Below are positions 15,682-25,014 of a stretch of 64,000 nt of DNA, one piece after another. This DNA comes from Phycisphaeraceae bacterium. Its GTDB lineage: Bacteria; Planctomycetota; Phycisphaerae; Phycisphaerales; Phycisphaeraceae. The notes under the pieces are model-generated. The model was not told the DNA's origin and did not search any database. It saw nothing but the letters and a program-made list of their open reading frames with translations. The position numbers and the translations under genes were made by a program. The DNA lies in NCBI GenBank assembly GCA_965230305.1, contig OZ245998.1, positions 808,132 through 872,131 of the forward strand, read 5' to 3'. Positions within the stretch are counted from its first letter, which is position 1. Each line of letters starts with the position of its first letter.

Positions 15682-16449
15682 TTAGCGGCCATTGAATCCA
15701 GCAGACCGAACCGGCTGGCGCTGTAATTCACGAGGCATCCGCATGACCGAAGCCTCTGCAGTCCGGACGCCGCGTGCCCGTTGAGCGACGTCTTCTGCCA
15801 GCTGTTGGCGTTGGGCGGTGCTGGTCGTGCCGTGGCGCTGGCGCTCCACGCCGGACAAGTTCGTCCGTGGGCCGGCATGGGCCCGAGCCCGCTGAGGGCC
15901 TAGCACGCGTTCCGCCGACTGACCGATCCGCGAGGCGACCCGAGCACGCTCCGCCTGAGCAGACGCCAGTTGCTCCTCCAAACGCGGGATCCTGCGGACT
16001 ACCGATTCATCACGCGGCCCCACCGAGATCTGCCGCTGCGCTTCACGCAGGGCCCGCAATGCGTCTACTTCGGCCTGCTCGGCTTGGGCCAACGCTACAC
16101 GATGCGTTTCGTATGAAGCCACCAAGGCTTCGAGCGCCGCCTCGGTCTGCTCGGGGGAGGCCTCCATGTCCGCCAGATCGGCATTGGTCATCCTCAAACC
16201 CCGGCGGAGCTCCTGCACTTTTTCATACGTCGCCAAGTCCATCGGTTCCGGCGCAGCCAACTCGCGGGCCTGCGCTTGATCGACCTGTTTGGACTGGTAC
16301 TGCAGCGCAGCCCCCAAACCCAATGCCGCTATCGCCGTTGCTGCGGCCACCGCGCCCATCAAGCCGGCTCCTCGACGACGCACAGCCTCTTGAAAACGGG
16401 TTGCGTGCCCCGCGTGTGAACGATGTAATCCCGCATCATCTTTGCGCAT
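15682..16449 (-). CDS. Membrane-anchored coiled-coil protein, first gene of the RHS operon (function unknown)
   Basis: Single TM (LMGAVAAATAIAALGLGAALQY) followed by a long Ala/Glu/Gln/Arg-rich heptad-like region. Lies 59 nt upstream of RHS-A on the same strand. No family recognised. Confidence 0.45.
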   Translation of the reverse strand: MRKDDAGLHRSHAGHATRFQEAVRRRGAGLMGAVAAATAIAALGLGAALQYQSKQVDQAQARELAAPEPMDLATYEKVQELRRGLRMTNADLADMEASPEQTEAALEALVASYETHRVALAQAEQAEVDALRALREAQRQISVGPRDESVVRRIPRLEEQLASAQAERARVASRIGQSAERVLGPQRARAHAGPRTNLSGVERQRHGTTSTAQRQQLAEDVAQRARGVRTAEASVMRMPRELQRQPVRSAGFNGR

Positions 16450-16733
16450 CGATAGCGCTCCCTTCTAGTGCGAAGTCATGTCCGAATGACAGCTCATGCC
16501 TGTTCGGTCGCAGAACAACACGTCGGCCTCGCGGCCGTCGTTCGGCGGATCATTTTGTGCAGGCCGGAATTTCACGGCCCCGGATACTCAAACACTCTGA
16601 CGTACGAATCAATTCTTCAATGAGTTCGACGCCAAAACTTAACGGTAGTTTTTAACCGGGCGCGCGGATCGGTGTCAAGCACAGCCCATCTATTTTAGTT
16701 GGTAACTAATGTTTTGCTTTGCGCGCTTGACTG

Positions 16734-18965
16734 ATGCGTAGATCATCGGGGATAAAAGACGACATGCAAACTTCCGGTGCTTATCCCGAGGCTATTAGCG
16801 CAACACCGCCCTCAATTCACACATACCACCCACTTCGAAGCTGGGTCGCGTGTTTGCTGCTGTTTTGCGCTTGCACGCTGCAAGCTGCTGCACAGGGAGA
16901 TACCGCTCCGGATGCGCAAGCGGCTTTGGAACTCAATCTGCCCGAAGAAATCGAGCTTGACCTTCTAGTCCAACTTGCCAGTGATCAACTCGGCCTCAAC
17001 ATCTTGCACGACGAAACACTTCGAGGAAAGCGTGTTTCGCTACGACTGGCTGGGCCGGTGACTCCTGAAGCTTTGCGAGGCATCCTCGAGAGCGCGCTTC
17101 GCGTCAAGGGTATGGCAATGGTCGCGGATGAAAACCCCGGCTGGTGGCGTATCACGCCCGCAGCAGAACTCACCGCTTTGAGCGAGGGACTCCTCGAAGA
17201 CGGGGCTGACATCGAAAATAGATCTCGAGTGATCACCGCGCTGATCCCGGTTGAACATGCGGAGTTATCGCAAGTGCAATCGCTGATCCAACCCTTCCTG
17301 ACGCGGCCCGGCGGTAGCTTGATCGCACTAGAAGCATCGGGCGTCTTAATCGTGACCGACTTCGCGGACCGCGTCACGCGAGCGCAACGCTTAGCCACGC
17401 TGGCGGACCAACCCGGCGAACCGATCCGAGTTGAGCTTCTGCCCGCCACTCATTTGCGCGCCAGCGTGCTGGCCTCACAGGTCAACACCATGCTGCAGAC
17501 CCAAGCGCGCATGCAGGGGCGGGACGACTCAATGATCGAGGTCGGCTTTGTCGACCGCACCAACCAACTGGTGCTGACCGGTTCCGCAGACCGCGTGGCC
17601 GAAGCCATACGGGTGGCCGGGTCGCTGGATGTGCCGCTGGGAGTTTCAACACGGACTTACCAAATGGCTGTCGTCTCTCCACAGCGAGTCGACAGCCTGA
17701 TACGAAGCCTGATCGACCCCATCGATCTCGATCGTATCTACCGGTCTTCGGTCGACGAAGAACTCGGCTGGCTTGTGGTTTCCACCACGCCGGATATCCA
17801 TGCGGAAATTACAACCATCCGTAATGAACTGGACGTTCGAGTAGAGGGCGATCGCGACCCGGTACGGTTCTACCGCCTCCGCAATGCCGGCGCCGACGAA
17901 GTGTTGCGTACGATTCAGGCCATCACACCTTCGACCGGGCTTGACACGGTCGCTTTAGATGGCGCAACTCCCAGCGAAGACAACCTGGACCCGAACACAC
18001 CTGCCGCCATTTCCGGTGTGACCTCCACCATTGACGGCCACACCGCGACCCTCGCGGCAGACATCAACACCAACTCGATCATCGTGATCGCCCCGCCAGC
18101 TACCCAGCAAATATATGCCAAGCTGATCGAACGCCTAGACGAGAGACGTCCACAAGTCCTGATCGAGGTCACCGTCGTGACGCTGGACACGTCCGATGGC
18201 TACTCGGTCGGTGTCGACATTTCACGCTCGGAAACAAACGACGCTGGTCAAATCCTGACTTTCAGTTCGTTCGGCCTCAGCAGCGTCGACCTCGCGACCG
18301 GCGGGCTGGAGCTAATCCCCGGCGTGGGCTTCAACGGTGCCTTGCTCGGTTCAGATATCGCCGACGTCGTGGTCCGTGCGGTCCAGAGCGATTCACGGGC
18401 CGAGGTGGTCGCCGCCCCCAGCCTTCTGGTCAACGACAACGCCGAAGGTCTGATTGTGTCCGAGAGCGAGGCTCCGACCACCAGTATCAACCAAGGCCAG
18501 AACAGCGACACCGTCAGCTTTTCAGGCTTCGTCGGGGCCGGCACCACGGTTAGCGTGCAACCCCGCATCTCCGAAGGCGACCACCTTGCCCTGACGTATT
18601 CGATCGAGCTCAGCACTTTCGACGGCGAGTCCGGCGAAGGCATCCCGCCGCCCCGTCAAACTAACTCCGTTTCCAGCGAAGTCACGATCCCAAACGGCTG
18701 GACGATCGTACTGGGTGGGATCAACCGCAAGGACACCAGCGAAAGTGTGCAGCGTGTCCCTCTGCTCGGGCGGATCCCGGGTGTTGAATACCTCTTCAGT
18801 AACCGCACGGTTAGCGAAAGCGAAACCACACTGTTTGTGTTTATCAAAGCCACAATCCTCCGAGACGATACCTTTGCCGACCTCAGGCACATCAGCGGCC
18901 ACCACCTTGAGTCCGCGGGGGTCCCGGGCGACTGGCCGACCAGTGAACCGATGACCCTGCCGTGA
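16734..18965 (+). CDS. gspD: Type II secretion system secretin GspD
   Basis: Signal peptide (WVACLLLFCACTLQAAAQG) and repeated secretin N-domains. C-terminal secretin core: VLIEVTVVTLDTSDGYSVGVDIS .. VPLLGRIPGVEYLFSNRTVSESETTLFVFIKATILRD. An alternative ATG exists at 16764. Confidence 0.9.
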   Translation: MRRSSGIKDDMQTSGAYPEAISATPPSIHTYHPLRSWVACLLLFCACTLQAAAQGDTAPDAQAALELNLPEEIELDLLVQLASDQLGLNILHDETLRGKRVSLRLAGPVTPEALRGILESALRVKGMAMVADENPGWWRITPAAELTALSEGLLEDGADIENRSRVITALIPVEHAELSQVQSLIQPFLTRPGGSLIALEASGVLIVTDFADRVTRAQRLATLADQPGEPIRVELLPATHLRASVLASQVNTMLQTQARMQGRDDSMIEVGFVDRTNQLVLTGSADRVAEAIRVAGSLDVPLGVSTRTYQMAVVSPQRVDSLIRSLIDPIDLDRIYRSSVDEELGWLVVSTTPDIHAEITTIRNELDVRVEGDRDPVRFYRLRNAGADEVLRTIQAITPSTGLDTVALDGATPSEDNLDPNTPAAISGVTSTIDGHTATLAADINTNSIIVIAPPATQQIYAKLIERLDERRPQVLIEVTVVTLDTSDGYSVGVDISRSETNDAGQILTFSSFGLSSVDLATGGLELIPGVGFNGALLGSDIADVVVRAVQSDSRAEVVAAPSLLVNDNAEGLIVSESEAPTTSINQGQNSDTVSFSGFVGAGTTVSVQPRISEGDHLALTYSIELSTFDGESGEGIPPPRQTNSVSSEVTIPNGWTIVLGGINRKDTSESVQRVPLLGRIPGVEYLFSNRTVSESETTLFVFIKATILRDDTFADLRHISGHHLESAGVPGDWPTSEPMTLP

Positions 18966-20677
18966 CCCGAACCGACACGTCCCAACCCGACCTCCCCGCC
19001 GCCACCCCGCTGGAGCAAGCGCGCGCCAACGGGTTAACCGGCGACGCGTTAGCACGCCACTTGGCGGGCGAGCTGGGACTAGCGTACGACATCGATTTGA
19101 CCGGCAAACCTGCTGCTGCGCGTTTTGTCGAGCGGGTCCCGATCAGCTTCGCCCGGGATAAGCTGGTCTTGGGCTTGGCGGGAGATACCACACAACCCGA
19201 CCGGATGACCCTGGTGCTGGCCGACCCAGTCGACGCACAGACGCCGGACGTGGTCGCGCGCTTTCTCGGCGTACGACTGGAGCTCGTCGTGGCTCCAGCG
19301 GCCCAGCTCCGCGAGGCGATTAATGCCGCCTACCAGAGCCGAACCGGCCTGGCCGCACAGGCGATCGATCGCTTGGCCCAACCCACGATCAAAGCCTCCA
19401 ACCCATCAACCCCGGACAGCGACAACATCGCCCACACCGTCAGCGCGATCCTGAACCGGGAAGACCTCTTGGATAACGCCACCAAGGCCCCGGTCGTCGA
19501 GCTCGCCAACCTGATCCTATTCGAAGCGGTGAAGCAGAATGCCTCGGATGTACACATCCAGCCCTACGAAGACCGCTTGGTGGTCCGCCTCCGGATCGAT
19601 GGCGTGCTGTTCGACGCGTTCGACCTGCCCCAGCGCGTACAAGACGAGCTGATCAGCCGGGTCAAGGTGATGGGGAAGATGGACATCGCCGAGAAACGCC
19701 TGCCGCAAGACGGCCGGGCGACTGTACAGGTCGGCGACCGTGTCATCGACCTCCGGATCGCGTCGCTACCGACTAGCTACGGCGAGCGCGTGGTGATCCG
19801 ACTGCTGGATAAGTCGGTGCGGCGTTACACCCTTGACGAGCTGGGCATGTCCGATCAGACGCTCATCGGCTTCCGTGATCAACTGCGGGTCGAGCATGGC
19901 CTGGCCTTGGTCACCGGCCCAACCGGCAGCGGCAAGTCGACCACGCTCTACGCTGCGCTCCAAGAGATGGACGCCGAACGGCTCAACATCCTCACCCTTG
20001 AAGACCCAATCGAGTACCAATTGGCGGGCGTCAGTCAGACCCAGGTGAACCTCAAGAAAGGGATGACCTTTGCACGCGGGCTGCGCAATGTCCTCCGACA
20101 AGACCCGGACGTGATCATGGTCGGCGAAATCCGCGACCACGAAACTGCGGTCATGGCCATCCAGTCCGCGCTGACCGGGCACCTGGTCTTCTCGACGCTG
20201 CACACCAACGATGCTGCCAGCGCTGTCACACGTCTACTTGACCTGCAGATCGAGCCCTACCTCGTAGCCAGCTCGCTGATCGGCGTGCTGGCGCAGCGTC
20301 TGGTGCGGTGTGTCTGCCGCCGGTGTGCAACGCGTATCCAGCCGGACCTGGACGCCTTGTTAGCCGCCGGACTCACACCTGCAGAAGCAGGTGATCTGCC
20401 CCACATTATGTTGCCAAACCCCGGAGGATGCGAAGCCTGCCGGCATACCGGATACCACCAGCGCATCGGGGTGTTTGAGCTTATGGCAATAAGCGAACCG
20501 ATCCGACAACTCGTCAACGATCGTGCCACCGCTTCGTCAATCAAACAGGCAGCAACTCGACACGGCATGACGACGCTCCGCCAGAGCGGACTCCAACTCG
20601 TTCGCCAGGGCAAAACCACGGTGGAAGAGGTCGTCCGTATCACTGCTCGGTCCGCCACGGACATGGAGGGCGCGTAG
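18962..20677 (+). CDS. gspE: Type II secretion ATPase GspE
   Basis: N-terminal T2SSE_N-like domain and Walker A GPTGSGKST. Asp/His boxes (LRQDPDVIMVGEIRD, TGHLVFSTLHTN). Tetracysteine CVCRRC .. CEACRHTGY. The GTG start overlaps the gspD stop (GTGA). Confidence 0.95.
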   Translation: MTRTDTSQPDLPAATPLEQARANGLTGDALARHLAGELGLAYDIDLTGKPAAARFVERVPISFARDKLVLGLAGDTTQPDRMTLVLADPVDAQTPDVVARFLGVRLELVVAPAAQLREAINAAYQSRTGLAAQAIDRLAQPTIKASNPSTPDSDNIAHTVSAILNREDLLDNATKAPVVELANLILFEAVKQNASDVHIQPYEDRLVVRLRIDGVLFDAFDLPQRVQDELISRVKVMGKMDIAEKRLPQDGRATVQVGDRVIDLRIASLPTSYGERVVIRLLDKSVRRYTLDELGMSDQTLIGFRDQLRVEHGLALVTGPTGSGKSTTLYAALQEMDAERLNILTLEDPIEYQLAGVSQTQVNLKKGMTFARGLRNVLRQDPDVIMVGEIRDHETAVMAIQSALTGHLVFSTLHTNDAASAVTRLLDLQIEPYLVASSLIGVLAQRLVRCVCRRCATRIQPDLDALLAAGLTPAEAGDLPHIMLPNPGGCEACRHTGYHQRIGVFELMAISEPIRQLVNDRATASSIKQAATRHGMTTLRQSGLQLVRQGKTTVEEVVRITARSATDMEGA

Positions 20678-20678
20678 C

Positions 20679-21887
20679 ATGGCCGTCTTCAGCTACAAAG
20701 CAATCGACGCACAGCGTGCCGTACTGGCTGGCACGATCGCCGCGGACACCCCCAAGCAGGCCCGGGATCGGCTGCGTTCACGTGGCCTGACGGTGCATAC
20801 CTTCGACGAGTTGACAAAGCCAAAGAACCCCGGTGCCTGGCGTTTGCGTCGGCAGCGTAAAAAGCATGAAACACAAGTGCTCAGTTTCTGCCGAGAGATG
20901 GCAACCCTGCTGGGCGTAGGCGTCTCGATGCTGGATGCGGTCGACACCGTGCTCAAGCAGGCCAAAGGGTCGTTCCGAAGTACCCTACTACAACTGCGCG
21001 AGCGCATTGCGTCCGGCGGATCACTGGCCGAGGCCATGGGCGATCAACCGGGCGTGTTCGACGAACTGGCGGTGCGGATCATCGAGGTCGGCGAAGAGAC
21101 CGGCCGGCTGGACACGGTGCTGGACGAGTTCGTCGCCTTCCGTGAGAAGAGCGTGCGGCTGAAGAACCACCTGGGGGCAGCGCTGCTCTACCCGATGATC
21201 GTCAGCGCCACCGGACTGGGTGTGGCGATATTCCTGATGACGTTTGTCGTGCCGCAGCTGCTGGAGGGCTTAATCGAGGCCGGTCGTCCCCTGCCGAAAG
21301 TCACGGTGGCGGTGAAAGCGGCCAGCGACCTGCTGATCCACCGGTGGTGGCTGATGCTGGCTCTGTTGGCTGGGCTGTTTGTGCTGCAGGCCGTGGTATT
21401 GGCAACCCCACGTGGGCGCTATGCCTGGCACGCTTTGCTGCTGAAACTCCCGGGGGTCGGAGCGCTAATCCGCAAACAGGCGGTGGTCCGCATTTCGATC
21501 GTCCTGGCCTCGTTGCTGCGCAGCGGCCTGCCGTTCCTACAGGCTTTGGCGGTGACCCGTCGGGCGACGCCGAATCTCGCTCTGCGCCGAGCGCTAGAGC
21601 GATTCGAGCACGACGTGTCGATCGGTCGGGACCTCGGCCAGGCGCTGGACCAGGCCAAAGCCTTTCCGCCAGTGGTCGTCCGAGTCTTCGCCGTTGGCCA
21701 GCAGTCCGGCCGACTCGAAGGGATGCTTGAACGCCTGGCCCACGACTACGACGGCCAGGTTGCCGCGGCTACCAACAAGCTCACCGCACTGCTCGAGCCA
21801 CTGCTCATCATCCTTCTCGCGGTGGTCATCGGCGTCATCGCCCTGGCAACCATCCTGCCCATCCTGGAGGCCGGCCATGTGGTTTGA
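20679..21887 (+). CDS. gspF: Type II secretion inner-membrane platform protein GspF
   Basis: 402 aa with two GspF repeats (EMATLLGVGVSMLDAV / SIVLASLLRSGLPFLQAL) and three TM segments. Sits directly after gspE. Confidence 0.9.
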   Translation: MAVFSYKAIDAQRAVLAGTIAADTPKQARDRLRSRGLTVHTFDELTKPKNPGAWRLRRQRKKHETQVLSFCREMATLLGVGVSMLDAVDTVLKQAKGSFRSTLLQLRERIASGGSLAEAMGDQPGVFDELAVRIIEVGEETGRLDTVLDEFVAFREKSVRLKNHLGAALLYPMIVSATGLGVAIFLMTFVVPQLLEGLIEAGRPLPKVTVAVKAASDLLIHRWWLMLALLAGLFVLQAVVLATPRGRYAWHALLLKLPGVGALIRKQAVVRISIVLASLLRSGLPFLQALAVTRRATPNLALRRALERFEHDVSIGRDLGQALDQAKAFPPVVVRVFAVGQQSGRLEGMLERLAHDYDGQVAAATNKLTALLEPLLIILLAVVIGVIALATILPILEAGHVV

Positions 21888-22302
21888 CTCAAATTCCCGT
21901 ACCCGCCGCGCAGGCTTTTCCCTCGTCGAGTTGATGGTTGTCCTAGTCATCATCGGCTTGCTCGCCGGCGTGGTCACGATCAACGTCCGCCAGCACTTGG
22001 TCTCCGGCAAACAGAACACCGCCAAGATGGAGATCGCCACAATCGCGGAAGCCCTGGACACCTACTACGCCCTGCACGACACATACCCCAGCAACGGCGA
22101 CGGGCTGCACGCACTGACACAGACCACCGACCAGATGCCCGAGCCTCTGCTGGACCGCGAGCCGATGGACCCCTGGGGTCGGCCGTACGAATACAACCAG
22201 CCCGGACGGGAAGGCCCGTTTGAGGTGATCTCGTACGGCGCCGACGGTCAGGAAGGCGGCGAAGGCAACAACGCGGACATCGTGAGCTGGAACCTCGAAT
22301 GA
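21877..22302 (+). CDS. gspG: Major pseudopilin GspG
   Basis: Prepilin leader plus GFSLVELMVVLVIIGLLAG with Glu+5. C-terminal DPWGRPYEYNQPGREGPFEVISYGADGQEGGEGNNADIVSW is the GspG signature. ATG at 21877 lies inside track ORF 21694..22302. Confidence 0.9.
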   Translation: MWFDSNSRTRRAGFSLVELMVVLVIIGLLAGVVTINVRQHLVSGKQNTAKMEIATIAEALDTYYALHDTYPSNGDGLHALTQTTDQMPEPLLDREPMDPWGRPYEYNQPGREGPFEVISYGADGQEGGEGNNADIVSWNLE

Positions 22303-22838
22303 CCGCCCGCGGAAGGAACAACCCGTGTGCAGGCTTCACACTCGTCGAGCTGATGGTTGTGATCGTGCTCGTCACGCTGCTGAGCGGACTGGTGGTGATG
22401 CAGTTGGGCGGGCTGGTACGCGGCGGGCGGATGCAGGACGCTGTACAGCGCTGGCAGATGTTCGACCACACGACCCGTCGACAGGCCGCTCTGCAAGGTC
22501 AGACATTCTGGCTGGTCCGCGACCACGCGAGCACGAGTACACAAAGGATTTCCCCCAACGACCCAACCACCGACGCCCCATCGTTGACGATGCCCAGAGG
22601 CTACGCCGTCGATGCGGTCTGGAAAGACGGTGTTTGGCACCGCAGCGGGCAAACCGTGCTGACCTATTCGTCCCGCGGGTTCAGCCCGGACTACGCCGTT
22701 TCAATCACCGGGCCGAACGAACAAGCCCAACTTTGGCTCTGCCTCGGCCTGACCGGCCAGTGGGTTCAATTTGAAGACTTGGATGACCTGGAAGAACTGC
22801 ACAACACGACCCGGGCCACGTGGCCTGACGCTGGTTGA
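22299..22838 (+). CDS. Minor pseudopilin, GspH-like
   Basis: Prepilin-type N-terminus GFTLVELMVVIVLVTLLSG with Glu+5. Assignment rests on position after gspG. ATGA overlap with the gspG stop. Confidence 0.65.
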   Translation: MTARGRNNPCAGFTLVELMVVIVLVTLLSGLVVMQLGGLVRGGRMQDAVQRWQMFDHTTRRQAALQGQTFWLVRDHASTSTQRISPNDPTTDAPSLTMPRGYAVDAVWKDGVWHRSGQTVLTYSSRGFSPDYAVSITGPNEQAQLWLCLGLTGQWVQFEDLDDLEELHNTTRATWPDAG

Positions 22839-23196
22839 GGTCCTAGCGGCGCTCACGCTCGTCGGCGGCCTGCTAGCGGGCGCGGTGATGGCCAACGGGC
22901 GGTTCACCCGCCAGCGCGCTGCCGCCGAGGACCGCCAGGCGGCCATCGAAGCGCTCGATGCGATGCTGCACCAATGGTGGCAGGACCCCGAAACCATCCC
23001 AATCGACGAGGCCGGTCATTTTGATGATAAGGCCCTCACCTGGCGTACCCGGCAAGTCACACAACCTCTACCAGATCCACTAACCGGCACCATCGTCCGC
23101 GTCTCAGTACATCCCGCCGAACCACGGCCGAGCAATCCGATCGTTTCGGTCGATCTGCTTGTGCCTGAACGCACTGAAAGAGGCCGCGATGAGTAA
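22771..23196 (+). CDS. Minor pseudopilin, GspI-like
   Basis: Prepilin-type segment GLTLVEVLAALTLVGGLLAG with Glu+5. Small size and position support the call. Start is uncertain (ATG 22771 or 22783) and overlaps the previous gene. Confidence 0.55.
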   Translation: MKTWMTWKNCTTRPGPRGLTLVEVLAALTLVGGLLAGAVMANGRFTRQRAAAEDRQAAIEALDAMLHQWWQDPETIPIDEAGHFDDKALTWRTRQVTQPLPDPLTGTIVRVSVHPAEPRPSNPIVSVDLLVPERTERGRDE

Positions 23197-23698
23197 GCAA
23201 GGCTTCACCGCGATCGAGATGCTGGTAGCGCTCGCCTTGACCGCAGCGATAATGTCCGCGCTGCTGGGTGTGGTTTCGAATCTGACGCCCGGAAGCGAAG
23301 CGGTATCAAACTCGACGGGGATCGCGCGACCGTTACAGCAGGCCGTTTCTGTCATGGAGACAGACCTTCGCCACGCAACGCAGGCTGAGTGGATCGACGG
23401 ACGGCTGGTGCTCGACTGCTACGCCAGCGTCGACCCGGTTTCGCTGGAGACCGCCGCGTCACCTTCTCGAGTGTCGTACTGGATCGTCGAAGCGGGCGGC
23501 CGTTCCTGGCTCATGCGCCGCCAGTACAACCCGCTGGACCCCACTGGCGAATCGTTCACCATCCCCATTCTGGCAGATGTAGGCTCTCTGCAGCAGACCG
23601 CAACCGAAGCATCCCCTGCAGATATTGAACTCCGAAACGCGCAGGGCCAACCTCTCGCCACGGTCCGGCTGCCCGAAACCGGGGACCCTTGGCCATGA
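23189..23698 (+). CDS. Minor pseudopilin, GspJ-like
   Basis: MSKQGFTAIEMLVALALTAAIMS is a prepilin N-terminus with Glu+5. ATG 23189 lies inside track ORF 23159..23698. Confidence 0.6.
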   Translation: MSKQGFTAIEMLVALALTAAIMSALLGVVSNLTPGSEAVSNSTGIARPLQQAVSVMETDLRHATQAEWIDGRLVLDCYASVDPVSLETAASPSRVSYWIVEAGGRSWLMRRQYNPLDPTGESFTIPILADVGSLQQTATEASPADIELRNAQGQPLATVRLPETGDPWP

Positions 23699-24528
23699 AC
23701 CGAACCCGCCCCCCTGGTTTCGCTTTGCTTTTGACCCTGATCGTGCTGGCGTTGGCGGCAGTAGCGCTGGCGTCCGCCTCCCGCCAGCACCTGCGTGCGG
23801 TGCTGGACACCAACCTGGCCGAGTCCCGTCTGCAGACCGAGTGGGCGATCACCAGCGCGAGCTATACCCTGCTGCCCCAGTCCGACGCGGTGCTGACCTA
23901 CGCCAACGAGGTGTCCGAAACCCCGACCCATACCTTCGACAGCCGAATCAGCCTGCACAACATCGACCTCACCTTCCGCTTCGACGACGAACAGGCCAAG
24001 GCCAACCTCAACGCCGTGCTGCCTTGGACCACCCCCGCGCGTCTCGCCGACGACATCCAGGCCATTTGCGACAACCGCACAAACGTTCAGCTCCGGTCCC
24101 GGCCCACACAAAACACACCCGCCGACGAATCGACACCCACACTGAACGCTTGGGCGCAGGTCTTCCCCGACCAAACAACCAAGCCCGCCCGACTGCTTGA
24201 AACCACTGCTTCTATCACACTTGTAGGCACCGGCCAGCTCCGGCTTGAACGGGCACCAGAAGAAGCGATCCGCCTGTTCTGCAAACCTTGGCTGGGGTTT
24301 GCGGACACCCAACGCCTGATCCGTGACCGCCAGCTAGCGCCCGTCAACCTCAACCATCCACACTCCGCTCCAGATGATGATGCAGCCAACCATGCCCCCG
24401 CCTTTACACAACAGTCCAGCGCCTTTGGCTTATGGATCGTCGCGGAAAACTCACTGCGGCTGACCTATCAACACAGCTATTTGATCGTCAAAGACGACGA
24501 GACAACCCAACAAACCACCCGTTGGTAA
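23695..24528 (+). CDS. Minor pseudopilin, GspK-like (no Glu+5)
   Basis: MNRTRPPGFALLLTLIVLALAAV is a pseudopilin-like helix lacking Glu+5, as is characteristic of GspK. It is the largest minor pseudopilin. ATGA overlap with the preceding stop. Confidence 0.6.
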   Translation: MNRTRPPGFALLLTLIVLALAAVALASASRQHLRAVLDTNLAESRLQTEWAITSASYTLLPQSDAVLTYANEVSETPTHTFDSRISLHNIDLTFRFDDEQAKANLNAVLPWTTPARLADDIQAICDNRTNVQLRSRPTQNTPADESTPTLNAWAQVFPDQTTKPARLLETTASITLVGTGQLRLERAPEEAIRLFCKPWLGFADTQRLIRDRQLAPVNLNHPHSAPDDDAANHAPAFTQQSSAFGLWIVAENSLRLTYQHSYLIVKDDETTQQTTRW

Positions 24529-24531
24529 CAC

Positions 24532-25014
24532 ATGTTCAATCCAACCCCGCGCAACCGAAAACTCCTCTATGCCACCGGCGGGCTCTGCTGGCTATTCGCC
24601 GGCGCAGCACTGGCGTGGGGGCTGACCCGCCAACCCGGCAACAACGTGTCCTCCACAACCGCGCCGCCGAGCAGCAGCAAGCCAGTTGATCAAGCCGAGC
24701 GCCAGACTGCCGATGATCAAACGCCTACGCTCGCGTGGGCCCAACGAGCCGCAAACCTTCGCTGGCAGCGCCCGCTCCACGACCCGCCCCCCCCGCCCGA
24801 GGTGCCGCCCCCGTCTCCGCCCCCGCTGCGCGTGCAGTTGGTCGGCACCATCATGGATGCGAACCAGCCCCAGGCCATGCTCCAGCTGTCCAACGGCCAG
24901 ATCATCTTAGCCAGCATCAATGAGACCCACGAAAACGCTCGCCTGCTCAGCATCCAACCCGACCACGTCACCGTCGAGTACCACGGTCAAACCCTGACCC
25001 TTGAACGCCAATGA
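24532..25014 (+). CDS. GspC-like/PilP-like secretin-interacting protein (no PDZ)
   Basis: N-terminal TM (LLYATGGLCWLFAGAALAWGL) and a Pro-rich linker. A small beta domain follows (LRVQLVGTIMDANQPQAMLQLSNGQIILASINETHENARLLSIQPDHVTVEYHGQTLTL), resembling the GspC HR/PilP fold pattern. Confidence 0.45.
   Translation: MFNPTPRNRKLLYATGGLCWLFAGAALAWGLTRQPGNNVSSTTAPPSSSKPVDQAERQTADDQTPTLAWAQRAANLRWQRPLHDPPPPPEVPPPSPPPLRVQLVGTIMDANQPQAMLQLSNGQIILASINETHENARLLSIQPDHVTVEYHGQTLTLERQ

Noticed and set aside
16695-16755. Small palindrome TTAGTTggtAACTAA (16695..16709) and a TTGACT-N17-GATAAA sigma-70-like pair just upstream of or overlapping the longest gspD ORF start.
   Set aside because: The stem is only 6 bp and the -10 match is weak. 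The putative promoter would overlap ATG 16734 and leave almost no leader before ATG 16764. Plausible but unsupported without transcription start data.
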